Shown here piece after piece: positions 52,681-61,868 of a stretch of DNA of 64,000 nt. The first letter of the stretch is position 1. The number at the start of each line of letters is the position of its first letter. The stretch is taken from the NCBI GenBank assembly GCA_015062605.1, contig SUUI01000006.1, positions 15,205-79,204 on the forward strand, read 5' to 3'. The DNA is from Eggerthellaceae bacterium (GTDB lineage Bacteria; Actinomycetota; Coriobacteriia; Coriobacteriales; Eggerthellaceae). The notes beneath the pieces are model-generated. The model made no database searches. It saw only the letters and a list, made by a program, of their open reading frames with translations, and was not told the origin of the DNA. The position numbers and the translations under genes were made by a program.

Positions 52681-53811
52681 CTAGCTCTCCTGCCTCATTG
52701 CTGAGATCTTAGCCATCATCGCATACTTGTTTTCCTGCGGAGTTGAAGTCGGCCGCCCAAGATTGGCACGAGAACCCTGATGTGTAGTGATGACAAGCGC
52801 AGACTTCGCGGATCCCCTCAGTTCTTTCATTCCCGCTTTTATCTCCTCTACGGTCTTTGCCTCGTGAACATCATCAAAACCAGAAGCGCGCAGTATTCCT
52901 GGCACATCAACCTGTTGGGCAACGTTCGGTTGCCCGCCCACTGACTCATGCGCGCCATTTACGTTGAGTACATACTTAAAGTTCGCTGGCATCTTCTGCG
53001 CCATAACGGGAAACGCACCCATATGCATGAGGAAGGAACCGTCACCGTCAATGCACCACACGTTCGCATTGCACCCAAGCGCCATGCCGAAAGCAATCGA
53101 GGAAGTATGGCCCATGCCTCCAACAGTTAGAAAATCGTTGGCATGACCCTGGCCACGGCGCTCCCGGATTTCGAATACCTCACGCGATGTTTTCCCAGTA
53201 GTCGACACAATCAAATCGTCCTCGCCTAAACAATCGAGAACGACCTCAAGCGCCTCTTCGCGGCTCAACAATGCTCCATTGTTTTCTGCTTTAAACGGAT
53301 AGCCTCCAAAGAGGCCTTTGCGAACAACAACGGCAACGGGACGCGACTCAGCTCGCATGGTTCCTAGTAGCGAGGCAAGCTGATTACGCCAATCATCGGC
53401 ATCAAGCACCTCGTGCGGCACGCCCATGGTCTCAAGCAATGTGCAAGTCACTTTGCCCTGCTTCACGTGCTGCGGTTCGTCGTGGACACCTGGCTCTCCA
53501 CGCCATCCAATAACCAGCAACATCGGAATCGAATACACGTCAGGATCCGCAATCGAAAGCAGCGGATTCACGATATTGCCCTCACCGGAATTCTGCATAT
53601 ACACGACGGCGGACTTTCCAGTTGCCACATGGTAACCGCATGCAATGCCAACCGCGTTACCCTCATTCGCGGTAATGATATTTCGCTCAGATGGAGCATT
53701 ACCAAAAACACACGCGCAAAGATTCTTCAGTAGACTATCAGGTACACCTGCGAATAGATCGAGTCCCTCACCTACTAGCGCATCATAGAATTCCTTTGGA
53801 TCAATAGCCAT
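52681..53811 (-). CDS. ppd: phosphonopyruvate decarboxylase
   Basis: A 376-aa ORF, MAIDPKEFYDALVGEGLDLFAGVPDSLLKNL..., with the TPP motif IDGDGSFLMHMG...LNVNGAHESVGGQP. It sits directly after the PEP mutase gene. Confidence 0.85.
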   Translation of the reverse strand: MAIDPKEFYDALVGEGLDLFAGVPDSLLKNLCACVFGNAPSERNIITANEGNAVGIACGYHVATGKSAVVYMQNSGEGNIVNPLLSIADPDVYSIPMLLVIGWRGEPGVHDEPQHVKQGKVTCTLLETMGVPHEVLDADDWRNQLASLLGTMRAESRPVAVVVRKGLFGGYPFKAENNGALLSREEALEVVLDCLGEDDLIVSTTGKTSREVFEIRERRGQGHANDFLTVGGMGHTSSIAFGMALGCNANVWCIDGDGSFLMHMGAFPVMAQKMPANFKYVLNVNGAHESVGGQPNVAQQVDVPGILRASGFDDVHEAKTVEEIKAGMKELRGSAKSALVITTHQGSRANLGRPTSTPQENKYAMMAKISAMRQES

Positions 53812-53814
53812 CGC

Positions 53815-55119
53815 TTACTCCTTGGGAATCAAGGTAAGGACTTCTTTAATGGGAAGAATCATGTCATCTGCTTCGAGCGAACGATGACATTCGAGAATCT
53901 TCTGGGCGACATCTCTCATCGCCACATAGGCCGCACGGGTTAGATGATTCGCATGGATGATGATATTTGCGCCGGCATCAGCGAGTTCTTCCTCGGTAAA
54001 CTGGTTGTATGATGTGGGCACAAGGATAATAGGCACCTCTGGCCATTTCTCACGAAACAGCCGCATGAACTCAAGGATTTCGGAACCATCCTTCTCCTTG
54101 GAGTGAATCATAATGCCGTCAGCCCCACCCTCTTCAAGATAGATATCAGCACGGGAAAGAGCATCTTCCATCGATTGTCCGGCAATAAGCGACTCAATAC
54201 GCGCAAATATCATGAAATCGCGTGTTCTCTGAGCCCTTTTCCCTGCCGCTATTTTTGCAGCAAAAGCATGGGGGTCATCCTGCGTCTGCTTCACCTCGGT
54301 ACCAAACAATGAATTCTGTTTGAGCCCGGTTTTGTCCTCAATAATAACAGCCGAGACACCTAAACGCTCGAGTGTCCGCACATTATGAGAGAACCATTCG
54401 GTCTTTCCACCCGTATCGCCATCAAGGATGATGGGCTTGGTAGTAACTTCCATGATTTCTTCGATGGTGCGAACACGACTCGTGAAGTCAACAAGCTCGA
54501 TATCGGGTTTGCCTTTAAAGGTTGAATCGCAAAGACTCGAAACCCACATACCATCATAGGTCCGTACTTGTCCAGTTTCGGGATCGGTAAAAGAGGCATT
54601 TTCAACAATCAATCCAGATAAGCCATTCGATGCCTCGATAATCCGAATCGGCTTTTTTAGCGTGAGCAGGCGACGTAGCGAACCACGCCTTTGCTCTGGG
54701 GAACCCAAAAAAACAAGTAGGTCCTTTTCAAGTTGCGTTGCAGAAATCCCTCTTGTATAGGGAATCTCAACAAGCTCTCCGCCCCATTCAGAAAGAATCT
54801 CGATGACTTCTTCACGTACGCGACTCTGCACGCCCTCACGCCAATCATCGCCGTGTACAACATAATCAGGCTTTAGCTCCCGTAATACCTTTGCGTAAGA
54901 AAGGGTATCCTGCTCGACAACTTTAACGACGTTTTTAAGATTTGCATAAACTGCTTTGCGTGTTGAAGTGTCAAGCAATGGAGTACGCTTGTAGCTCGCG
55001 ACCACCTCATCTGTAAGCACTCCCACAAAAACGTCGCCGAGCTTTGACGCTTCTTCGATAATATTCAAAATGCCTTCATGCACAATATCCGATGAGATTG
55101 AGACATAAACAGTTGCCAT
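53815..55119 (-). CDS. pepM: phosphoenolpyruvate mutase with an N-terminal cytidylyltransferase-like domain
   Basis: A 434-aa ORF. The PepM-diagnostic EDKX5NS motif is present (IIEDKTGLKQNSLFG), together with DGDTGG. The N-terminal 130 aa or so are TagD/HxGH-fold-like (VYVSISSDIVHEGIL). Confidence 0.85.
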   Translation of the reverse strand: MATVYVSISSDIVHEGILNIIEEASKLGDVFVGVLTDEVVASYKRTPLLDTSTRKAVYANLKNVVKVVEQDTLSYAKVLRELKPDYVVHGDDWREGVQSRVREEVIEILSEWGGELVEIPYTRGISATQLEKDLLVFLGSPEQRRGSLRRLLTLKKPIRIIEASNGLSGLIVENASFTDPETGQVRTYDGMWVSSLCDSTFKGKPDIELVDFTSRVRTIEEIMEVTTKPIILDGDTGGKTEWFSHNVRTLERLGVSAVIIEDKTGLKQNSLFGTEVKQTQDDPHAFAAKIAAGKRAQRTRDFMIFARIESLIAGQSMEDALSRADIYLEEGGADGIMIHSKEKDGSEILEFMRLFREKWPEVPIILVPTSYNQFTEEELADAGANIIIHANHLTRAAYVAMRDVAQKILECHRSLEADDMILPIKEVLTLIPKE

Positions 55120-55297
55120 TGCTTAACGCCTTTCTGTCCTATATGAAACAGATGATAATCATTGTGTATGTATTCCGCAGCTTCCGCCATTGTAATAATT
55201 ATTGATTCCCACAATACAATGGGGGAACGATATCGTATTGCTGAAGAACATTTCCAATTATTCAACCAATATACGCAGAAGACACTCGCTGTTCTTG

Positions 55298-56128
55298 TTA
55301 GATGCTTTCAACATCGTTTTTCCATGCCATTATTCCGTGATCGGACCTTTGATCAACTGGTGGCAACTGCATATAATTGCCGTAAACCTGCGTCAGTATT
55401 TCATCCCAATTTTTTGACGCAAGAAATCTCCTGCCCTCGAAATCAACTTCAACCAATTCATCGAAATAGCTTCTTGGAAACAATTCTTTCTCGCCATATA
55501 CGTTCCAAGCCATCTGTGCAACATACTCCGACTTATCGTAGGATAATTTTTTTGCGTTATTATCAATATTCTTAATAATCGAATGGGTTTTGACAAACGG
55601 ACTTAGTACTGATTTTATCGATGCCCTAATTGCTTGCTTTACCTTATTTTCGCTCTTCATCGTAAAACAATATGCTATTTGAAGCTTAAAATCACGTCGC
55701 CTAAGATAGCTTTTAAAAACCTTTACGTCAGAAGGAGCACCATCGAGAGGAAAGATGTCAATCCATAGATATTCAGTTGCAAGATCCGCGTATTGGTAGG
55801 TTCTTGCAAGAAATGTACTATCGCATAGTTTTGTAAAAGGGAATGGAAACGGGCTATTACTCCAGTTTACAAGCCGATATCGAGTACCCCTACTATGCAG
55901 CGGATAGTCCTTCAACAGCTTCTCGTAATCAGGTCGTGGCATGACTACGTCAATATCATCATCCCAGGGAATAAAACCTTTGTGTCTAACTGACCCAAGC
56001 AGGGTCCCCGCCGCAAGACTATACCGTAACCCTTTTAACCTACAAAACGAATCGACCTCTTCCAGCAAACCCAAAATCGCTGCTTGGATTTCTTCCTTGG
56101 TCATTGGGTTTGGATTCTGCATTTTCAC
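55298..56128 (-). CDS. licD: LicD family phospho-head-group transferase
   Basis: A 276-aa ORF with LRYSLAAGTLLGSVRHKGFIPWDDDIDVVMPRPDYEKL, the LicD signature including the DxD. Confidence 0.85.
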   Translation of the reverse strand: MKMQNPNPMTKEEIQAAILGLLEEVDSFCRLKGLRYSLAAGTLLGSVRHKGFIPWDDDIDVVMPRPDYEKLLKDYPLHSRGTRYRLVNWSNSPFPFPFTKLCDSTFLARTYQYADLATEYLWIDIFPLDGAPSDVKVFKSYLRRRDFKLQIAYCFTMKSENKVKQAIRASIKSVLSPFVKTHSIIKNIDNNAKKLSYDKSEYVAQMAWNVYGEKELFPRSYFDELVEVDFEGRRFLASKNWDEILTQVYGNYMQLPPVDQRSDHGIMAWKNDVESI

Positions 56129-56252
56129 ACTCCGTCTGCGTTCGGTGATGAGATCGATTTTAAGTCTGCCTGTTAATTATGAGCGTTAATCAATAAATTG
56201 GCACTATCTTGCCTGATAAATGGTTTTTCTTCCCCGTTTGCTTTTTTCCCGC

Positions 56253-57668
56253 TCACTTCGTCGCGATTCTTTCTTTAATCCAAGCAAATACTTCTGCAAG
56301 TGATTTCCGATTCACCACATAATAGAAAGCCAGCAATACCAACACGAGAGGTATTCCAGTAATCGTACCGAATACAAGCGCAATTGCTATAAACAAATAC
56401 GAAATCACAAGAAGCGATATCGTCTGCAAACTCCGATTGCATTTACACTTCGTCGCAAAATGTGTTTCAAGGAACACTGCCCTAAACTGAACAGCTAAAA
56501 GCATTGATATGACGACTGCTTCGATACTCCGCAGAAACACCGCAGCTATTATGCCGAGAAGGATTGCCGATACAACCGAAATAATATTGGTTCTAAGCAG
56601 CAGCTTCTCTTCCCTTAACACCTTGCTATAAGTCGTTCCCTGAATATCCATTTTCGTATTGTAAATGCAGAGCGGAAGCAGGATGGCAAGATATATAAAG
56701 CTTTGAGTGTACTGAGGGAGCCATATTGACAACAAATAGCAGATTGGATAGTAAGCAATGAAAGAAATCGGAAGGAGCACGTTCAGTAGATTAGCAAGTA
56801 TTCCAAAGGCCTTCTCTAATTCTTCTTTTGAGCTCTGTCGCAATGCCGGGAAAAGCACCATGGATAGCTGCGACATAAACACTATAAAAAAATTGACAAT
56901 TGACAGAGCAAATGACACTTCGCCAAAAGAGTCAATTCCCCAAGTACCTTCAATAAGAAAACGTCCAAAACCTATTATTAGCATTGAAGCAACATTTGAT
57001 AGCGTCAGCTTGATTCCAACCTTAATGCTTGTGAAGAGCTCAGTAAGCGCTAGCCGGATGCCGATGAAATCACCACTTAGTATCGTCCGAGCCTTGAATA
57101 AGCAATATCCCAGTGCGACAAAACGGGAAAGAACATACCCCAATATATACAGCTGAAAAACATCTACTTGCAAGACGACCAAAAAAACAAGTTCAACCAA
57201 AAAGCTGCATTTTTCGAGCATAAGCGAATGCGAAAAGACCTTTGTCTCGTTTATTGCCTGAAAAACAAAACCTAAGAAACCAGCCGCGTTATTAATAATC
57301 AAAAAGATACAGCAGGCAATAAGAACAAATACCCTGTCCAGATCAGGAACTACTAACAGGCAATAAGCTGCTATAAGAACAGCAATTGTCGACTGCCCGG
57401 CAATCCCAAGTACAAATTGGGATTTGATACTACCGTTATCAAGCTCTTCTCGTGTTTCGCCGCCATGAATCAAATAGACACCGTCATTTATTCCGAAATG
57501 AAAGAAGCCTACGTAAGAAGAATACAGCAAGAATAATTGCCAGTACCCAAACTCCGTAATGCCAAGAAGCTTTGGAACAATAAACGATGTCATCAAGCTG
57601 AGCGCAAAAGCAATGCCTTGCGCAATTAATGCAGTTTTCAGATTGCTCGTTAGCTTAGCAACGTCCAT
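56253..57668 (-). CDS. Wzx-type oligosaccharide flippase (polysaccharide biosynthesis protein, MOP superfamily)
   Basis: A 471-aa ORF with about 12-14 TM segments and a typical N-terminus (TALIAQGIAFALSLMTSFIVPKLLGITEFGYWQLF). Confidence 0.8.
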   Translation of the reverse strand: MDVAKLTSNLKTALIAQGIAFALSLMTSFIVPKLLGITEFGYWQLFLLYSSYVGFFHFGINDGVYLIHGGETREELDNGSIKSQFVLGIAGQSTIAVLIAAYCLLVVPDLDRVFVLIACCIFLIINNAAGFLGFVFQAINETKVFSHSLMLEKCSFLVELVFLVVLQVDVFQLYILGYVLSRFVALGYCLFKARTILSGDFIGIRLALTELFTSIKVGIKLTLSNVASMLIIGFGRFLIEGTWGIDSFGEVSFALSIVNFFIVFMSQLSMVLFPALRQSSKEELEKAFGILANLLNVLLPISFIAYYPICYLLSIWLPQYTQSFIYLAILLPLCIYNTKMDIQGTTYSKVLREEKLLLRTNIISVVSAILLGIIAAVFLRSIEAVVISMLLAVQFRAVFLETHFATKCKCNRSLQTISLLVISYLFIAIALVFGTITGIPLVLVLLAFYYVVNRKSLAEVFAWIKERIATK

Positions 57669-57691
57669 TGACCTAATCCAAACACTGTCAA

Positions 57692-58960
57692 TTAAGCCGT
57701 GGTTATTGTTGAGTTGTCCTCAACCGAAGGTCCGGATCTTTTGACCTCGTCCTTAAAAGCAAAACAAAACAAAAGAACGAAAGGTATTAAAATTGTCTTG
57801 TTGTAATCGAGAAACGATAAATTCATGCTTGAGATAACAAGATATACAAGCATTACGATTCCAAGCATATTATTCTTTTTTAGGGCATTTCTTCCCGCTT
57901 TCAGATAAAAATAGAGAACCCAGGCCATACCTAGTAGCCCAAAAAGATTAAGAATACCGACATAGCCAACGTCGCTTTGATAATACGTACCTGAAGTACC
58001 CGAAACAAGCGCGGCATATGGTCCGGAGGCGCTAAGAAACCCCATTCCTAATACAGGCGTTTGCATAAATTCGCTCATATAGAACTCTATCTCATAAAGC
58101 CTATTAATAACGCCGGCATCGGAGGTAGTCAAATTATTGAGATACGGTAAACCGATGTTTATAATTAATACACCAAGCAAGCACATTGCCACTATAGCAA
58201 ACAACAAATTCATGCCCGCATGTCTGTTTCGATACAAAAGAAGTGGTGTAACCGCAATCATTAGTATGAGATACGCAGCTGCTGTTCTTGTTTTCGTTAC
58301 TACTATTACCTCTGCAAGTATCAGACAAATTGCAATAAAATGCACTATCTTGCGTTCACCGGAAAAAACTTTGTAAATCGATATCAGGAATCCCAGCGTA
58401 ACCACTATTCCGCCTATTGAGAATCGGGGCGATCCGTTCCTTAAAGTGTACGATAGTCCCAAAATGTTATTCCCATTTTCGATTGCATAATATGCAATCA
58501 AGGAGATGGCCGAAATTGCTATTGCTGAAACTACAACAATTTTTGCAATGGCCTCGAATTCTTCTTCCCTCTCGATTAGGCACGAATATGTTAAGCAAAC
58601 GAGAACGGGCGCAATATAATAACTTGCCTGTTTAAGAGTGCTAAACGTACTTTGATCGTAGGAAATTAATGTGTAGCATAGCTCTACAAATACTACAATT
58701 GCGAGCAGCATACAGCATCCGGCAAATCTTATCTTTGGCCTAATTCCCTTTGAGAAAAACAGTAATAGCAACATTGCTACACTGCAAACGAAAACCGCCG
58801 CATACACTACATCGTTAATATACAGATTCGGGAAAAGCCTATTCGATAGTCCCCAAAGTCCTGTTAATGACGTCATCAGAAGAATCGTATACAAGCCTGA
58901 CGATGTAAGGCGAATCGCATGGCCCGTAGTTCTTTTGCTCTTGCGCGGTTGAGTTACCAT
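57692..58960 (-). CDS. O-antigen ligase/polymerase (Wzy)-like polytopic membrane protein
   Basis: ORF 57692..59026. The likely start is the Met at 58960 (MVTQPRKSK), just after the upstream stop at 58971. It has about 10-12 TMs with one larger loop. The assignment rests on topology and context. Confidence 0.55.
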   Translation of the reverse strand: MVTQPRKSKRTTGHAIRLTSSGLYTILLMTSLTGLWGLSNRLFPNLYINDVVYAAVFVCSVAMLLLLFFSKGIRPKIRFAGCCMLLAIVVFVELCYTLISYDQSTFSTLKQASYYIAPVLVCLTYSCLIEREEEFEAIAKIVVVSAIAISAISLIAYYAIENGNNILGLSYTLRNGSPRFSIGGIVVTLGFLISIYKVFSGERKIVHFIAICLILAEVIVVTKTRTAAAYLILMIAVTPLLLYRNRHAGMNLLFAIVAMCLLGVLIINIGLPYLNNLTTSDAGVINRLYEIEFYMSEFMQTPVLGMGFLSASGPYAALVSGTSGTYYQSDVGYVGILNLFGLLGMAWVLYFYLKAGRNALKKNNMLGIVMLVYLVISSMNLSFLDYNKTILIPFVLLFCFAFKDEVKRSGPSVEDNSTITTA

Positions 58961-58970
58961 AAATACTGCC

Positions 58971-59864
58971 TTATCGTTTACCGATTCTTGCTGCCAGCTT
59001 TTTCGCATAATAACGATAGAGCACAAGGTATTTCACACGCAACTCTCTCCCTGCCGCAAGAAAAAAATGGTTATTGCGTATCTTACGCATAATTCTTCCG
59101 CGAATTCCGGCCGTGTAATCAACAAAGGAATCCGTTTCGCTATTGCGCACCTCAAGACGAACAATTCGGTTATGGTTAATATTCTTGTCAACCCACACAA
59201 GCAAGAGAGGTTCGGCTAAAAAACCATCGACTCTCGGAATTCTCTCCTCTCCTCTTTCTTGTAGAGTTTGATCATATTCTTTTAAAACTTCAAACAGCCA
59301 TCTTGAGTAAGAAAAAAACACTTTCGAGCTGGCAATGAACATGTTACCCCATACCGTATATTTATCCGCCATAATCGCATCGAACGAATCCCTGTACTCA
59401 GGAAATTTTCTGTAAATGATATTTCGTATGGTCACCCAATGAGAATCCTGTTTTTCATCGGAAATGCCCGTATGCAATTCGCTAAGCCCAGGATACTTCA
59501 CAGAACGAAATGGAAGTATGATGTCATTATTTCGAAGAAAGCCTTCGGCATCCTTCATCCGCAACACATCATCATGCCAAGTTTTTGAGTCCTTCTTATA
59601 ATTAAAAAAGAACCTTCTATAGTGAGACAGACCCATTGCGCCTCCTTCCTTCTCAAATAGAGACAAAGCGCTATATTGTGCGGTCAACTCACAATACCAA
59701 GGGTTCTGGTTCGAAATGTTATCGTTAGGCTGATTGTCGCAGTACCAACCTAGTTCCATCGCCCTATCGTTAGAAACAAGTTCTCCGACTTTTATGACAA
59801 CGTAATCCTCGGGCAACCAATTATTGTTAAATTCTTTATGGGTAGCAACTATCATCTTCGACAT
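58971..59864 (-). CDS. DUF4422-type putative glycosyltransferase
   Basis: A 297-aa ORF, MSKMIVATHKEF...YCELTAQY...HYRRFF, the pattern typical of DUF4422 proteins in polysaccharide loci as I recall it. Confidence 0.6.
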   Translation of the reverse strand: MSKMIVATHKEFNNNWLPEDYVVIKVGELVSNDRAMELGWYCDNQPNDNISNQNPWYCELTAQYSALSLFEKEGGAMGLSHYRRFFFNYKKDSKTWHDDVLRMKDAEGFLRNNDIILPFRSVKYPGLSELHTGISDEKQDSHWVTIRNIIYRKFPEYRDSFDAIMADKYTVWGNMFIASSKVFFSYSRWLFEVLKEYDQTLQERGEERIPRVDGFLAEPLLLVWVDKNINHNRIVRLEVRNSETDSFVDYTAGIRGRIMRKIRNNHFFLAAGRELRVKYLVLYRYYAKKLAARIGKR

Positions 59865-60765
59865 TTATGGCTCCTGCTTTGTCTTTATGCATGTTCTTTA
59901 GCTTTGCTAGCAATCGATACTCAATCATCGAATAAGAAGAACACAGCCTGAAAAGAAATCTTTTTACTTTTCCACATCCTCGTATTGCGTAATTGAAATA
60001 TTCCCTCGACTCCAGCATCAATCTATGCTTTTTAACCGAAGAAATATACTTTTGTGTGGTTGCTCCATGGACGTGTCTATATGTTGCTGATGTAATCAAG
60101 CATTCCTCCATCTTGGCATTTTTCACATGCCATGCAAGAATCCTCTCCTCACAATACAAAAACGTGTGTTCATCCAAATCGTTGATAGTTTTTAAAAAGG
60201 AGTCTCGCGCTGCAAAAAAGGAGCCTGGGAGTACTTCCACCGGCAGATAGCTATCAGCACTTGGAATGATGCTTTTCCTCTCTCGTTGTAATTTCCTAAA
60301 GAGCCAAAAGCACATGAGGCAATCAGCATAGAATGTTGGAATATCCCAACACGGATTATCCGCAACTGAGTAATCGATGTTTAGCATAACTGGCCCAAAT
60401 ACTGGATAGTCAGTATTTGCGTAGCACTTTTTTATTGCCAAAAGAGTATCGTTGGAAAACTCAACATCAGGATTTGCGATGCACACAATATCGACAGGGA
60501 AATTGTCCCGCAAATAACGAATTCCAATATTGTTGCCAGATGAATAACCGCCGTTATTGCCAGCAGAAATCACGTGAATATTCTGGCTCTGAAACTTGGA
60601 CAAAACACCGAGAGACTCGTTACTCGAACCATTATCGACTACCACAATCTCGTCGGCGTCATCATAGTATCTAACGTTTTTTAAGAGCTCTTGGGTCATT
60701 GTATAGTCGTTATAATTCAGGATAACAATTCCTAAACGTACTGATACATTTGATCCCATGTTCAC
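59836..60765 (-). CDS. family 2 glycosyltransferase
   Basis: A 309-aa ORF with LGIVILNYNDYTMT...IVVVDNGSSNES...GYSSGNNIG...ANPDVEF motifs. Confidence 0.8.
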   Translation of the reverse strand: MNMGSNVSVRLGIVILNYNDYTMTQELLKNVRYYDDADEIVVVDNGSSNESLGVLSKFQSQNIHVISAGNNGGYSSGNNIGIRYLRDNFPVDIVCIANPDVEFSNDTLLAIKKCYANTDYPVFGPVMLNIDYSVADNPCWDIPTFYADCLMCFWLFRKLQRERKSIIPSADSYLPVEVLPGSFFAARDSFLKTINDLDEHTFLYCEERILAWHVKNAKMEECLITSATYRHVHGATTQKYISSVKKHRLMLESREYFNYAIRGCGKVKRFLFRLCSSYSMIEYRLLAKLKNMHKDKAGAINVEDDSCYP

Positions 60766-61868
60766 ACAATCTTCTCGTTAAGTAATAAATCGGCAATGCG
60801 CATGCTTGCACGTCCATCGCCATACGGATTATTTGCACGGCTCATTCGAATGTATTCTTCATTATCCTCCAGAAGCATTGTAAATGCTTCGTAAATAGTT
60901 TTCGTGTCTGTACCAACAAGTTTTAATGTTCCCGCCGCTAACCCCTCTGGTCTTTCCGTAGTATCCCTCATGACAAGAACAGGTTTTCCTAAACTTGGAG
61001 CCTCTTCTTGAATGCCTCCCGAGTCGGTTAATATGAGATAGCTTGCATTCATGTAGTTATGAAAATCAATTACTTCTAAAGGTTCAATTATGCGAATTCT
61101 GTCGCTTCCCTTCAGCTCTTCATCGGCTATTTCTCTAACAATTGGATTCAGATGTATCGGATATATCACCTTTATGTCTAAATGCTCTTCAACAACTCGT
61201 TTTATTGCCCTGAACATATGTCTCATGGGTTCCCCAAGATTTTCACGACGATGCGCAGTAACCAAAATAAGCTTATCATCGCCGACCCAATCAAGGTTTT
61301 CGGCTCTATAAGAATCTGACACTGTAGTCTGCAAAGCATCAATTCCCGTATTGCCTGTAACAAATACCCTCTCCTCGCATTTACCCTCTCGAATGAGGTT
61401 GTCGGCGGCTATCTGTGTTGGAGCAAAGTGATATCGGCAAATAGAGTCAACTGCTTGTCGATTGAACTCTTCCGGCCACGGAGAATCAATATCATACGTT
61501 CTCAGCCCAGCTTCAACATGACCTACCGGAATGTGCATATAAAAGCAAGCTAATGCGGCGGCGAATGACGTTGTTGTATCGCCGTGTACGAGAACAATAT
61601 CAGGTTTGCAATCAGCAAGCACACTCTTAACCCCAGACAAAACCATGTTAGTAATGTCAAATAAGGTTTGTCTGTCGCGCATTATTGCCAAATCATAATC
61701 AGGGACAACGTCAAAAACATCAAGCACTTGCTTCAACATCTCTTTGTGTTGACCAGAGACACAGACGGCTACCTCAAAATCCTGCACGCGCCTCTTGAGT
61801 TCATTTACAAGAGGACACATTTTTATAGCTTCTGGCCTAGTTCCAAAAATTAGCAGGATTCGCTTCAT
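60762..61868 (-). CDS. wecB: UDP-N-acetylglucosamine 2-epimerase (non-hydrolysing)
   Basis: ORF 60762..61886. The conserved start MKRILLIFGTRPEAIKMCPL is the Met at 61868, giving an ATGA overlap with the upstream stop. Other motifs are VHGDTTT, DSGGIQEEAPSLGKPVLVMRDTTERPE and NPYGDG. Confidence 0.9.
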   Translation of the reverse strand: MKRILLIFGTRPEAIKMCPLVNELKRRVQDFEVAVCVSGQHKEMLKQVLDVFDVVPDYDLAIMRDRQTLFDITNMVLSGVKSVLADCKPDIVLVHGDTTTSFAAALACFYMHIPVGHVEAGLRTYDIDSPWPEEFNRQAVDSICRYHFAPTQIAADNLIREGKCEERVFVTGNTGIDALQTTVSDSYRAENLDWVGDDKLILVTAHRRENLGEPMRHMFRAIKRVVEEHLDIKVIYPIHLNPIVREIADEELKGSDRIRIIEPLEVIDFHNYMNASYLILTDSGGIQEEAPSLGKPVLVMRDTTERPEGLAAGTLKLVGTDTKTIYEAFTMLLEDNEEYIRMSRANNPYGDGRASMRIADLLLNEKIV

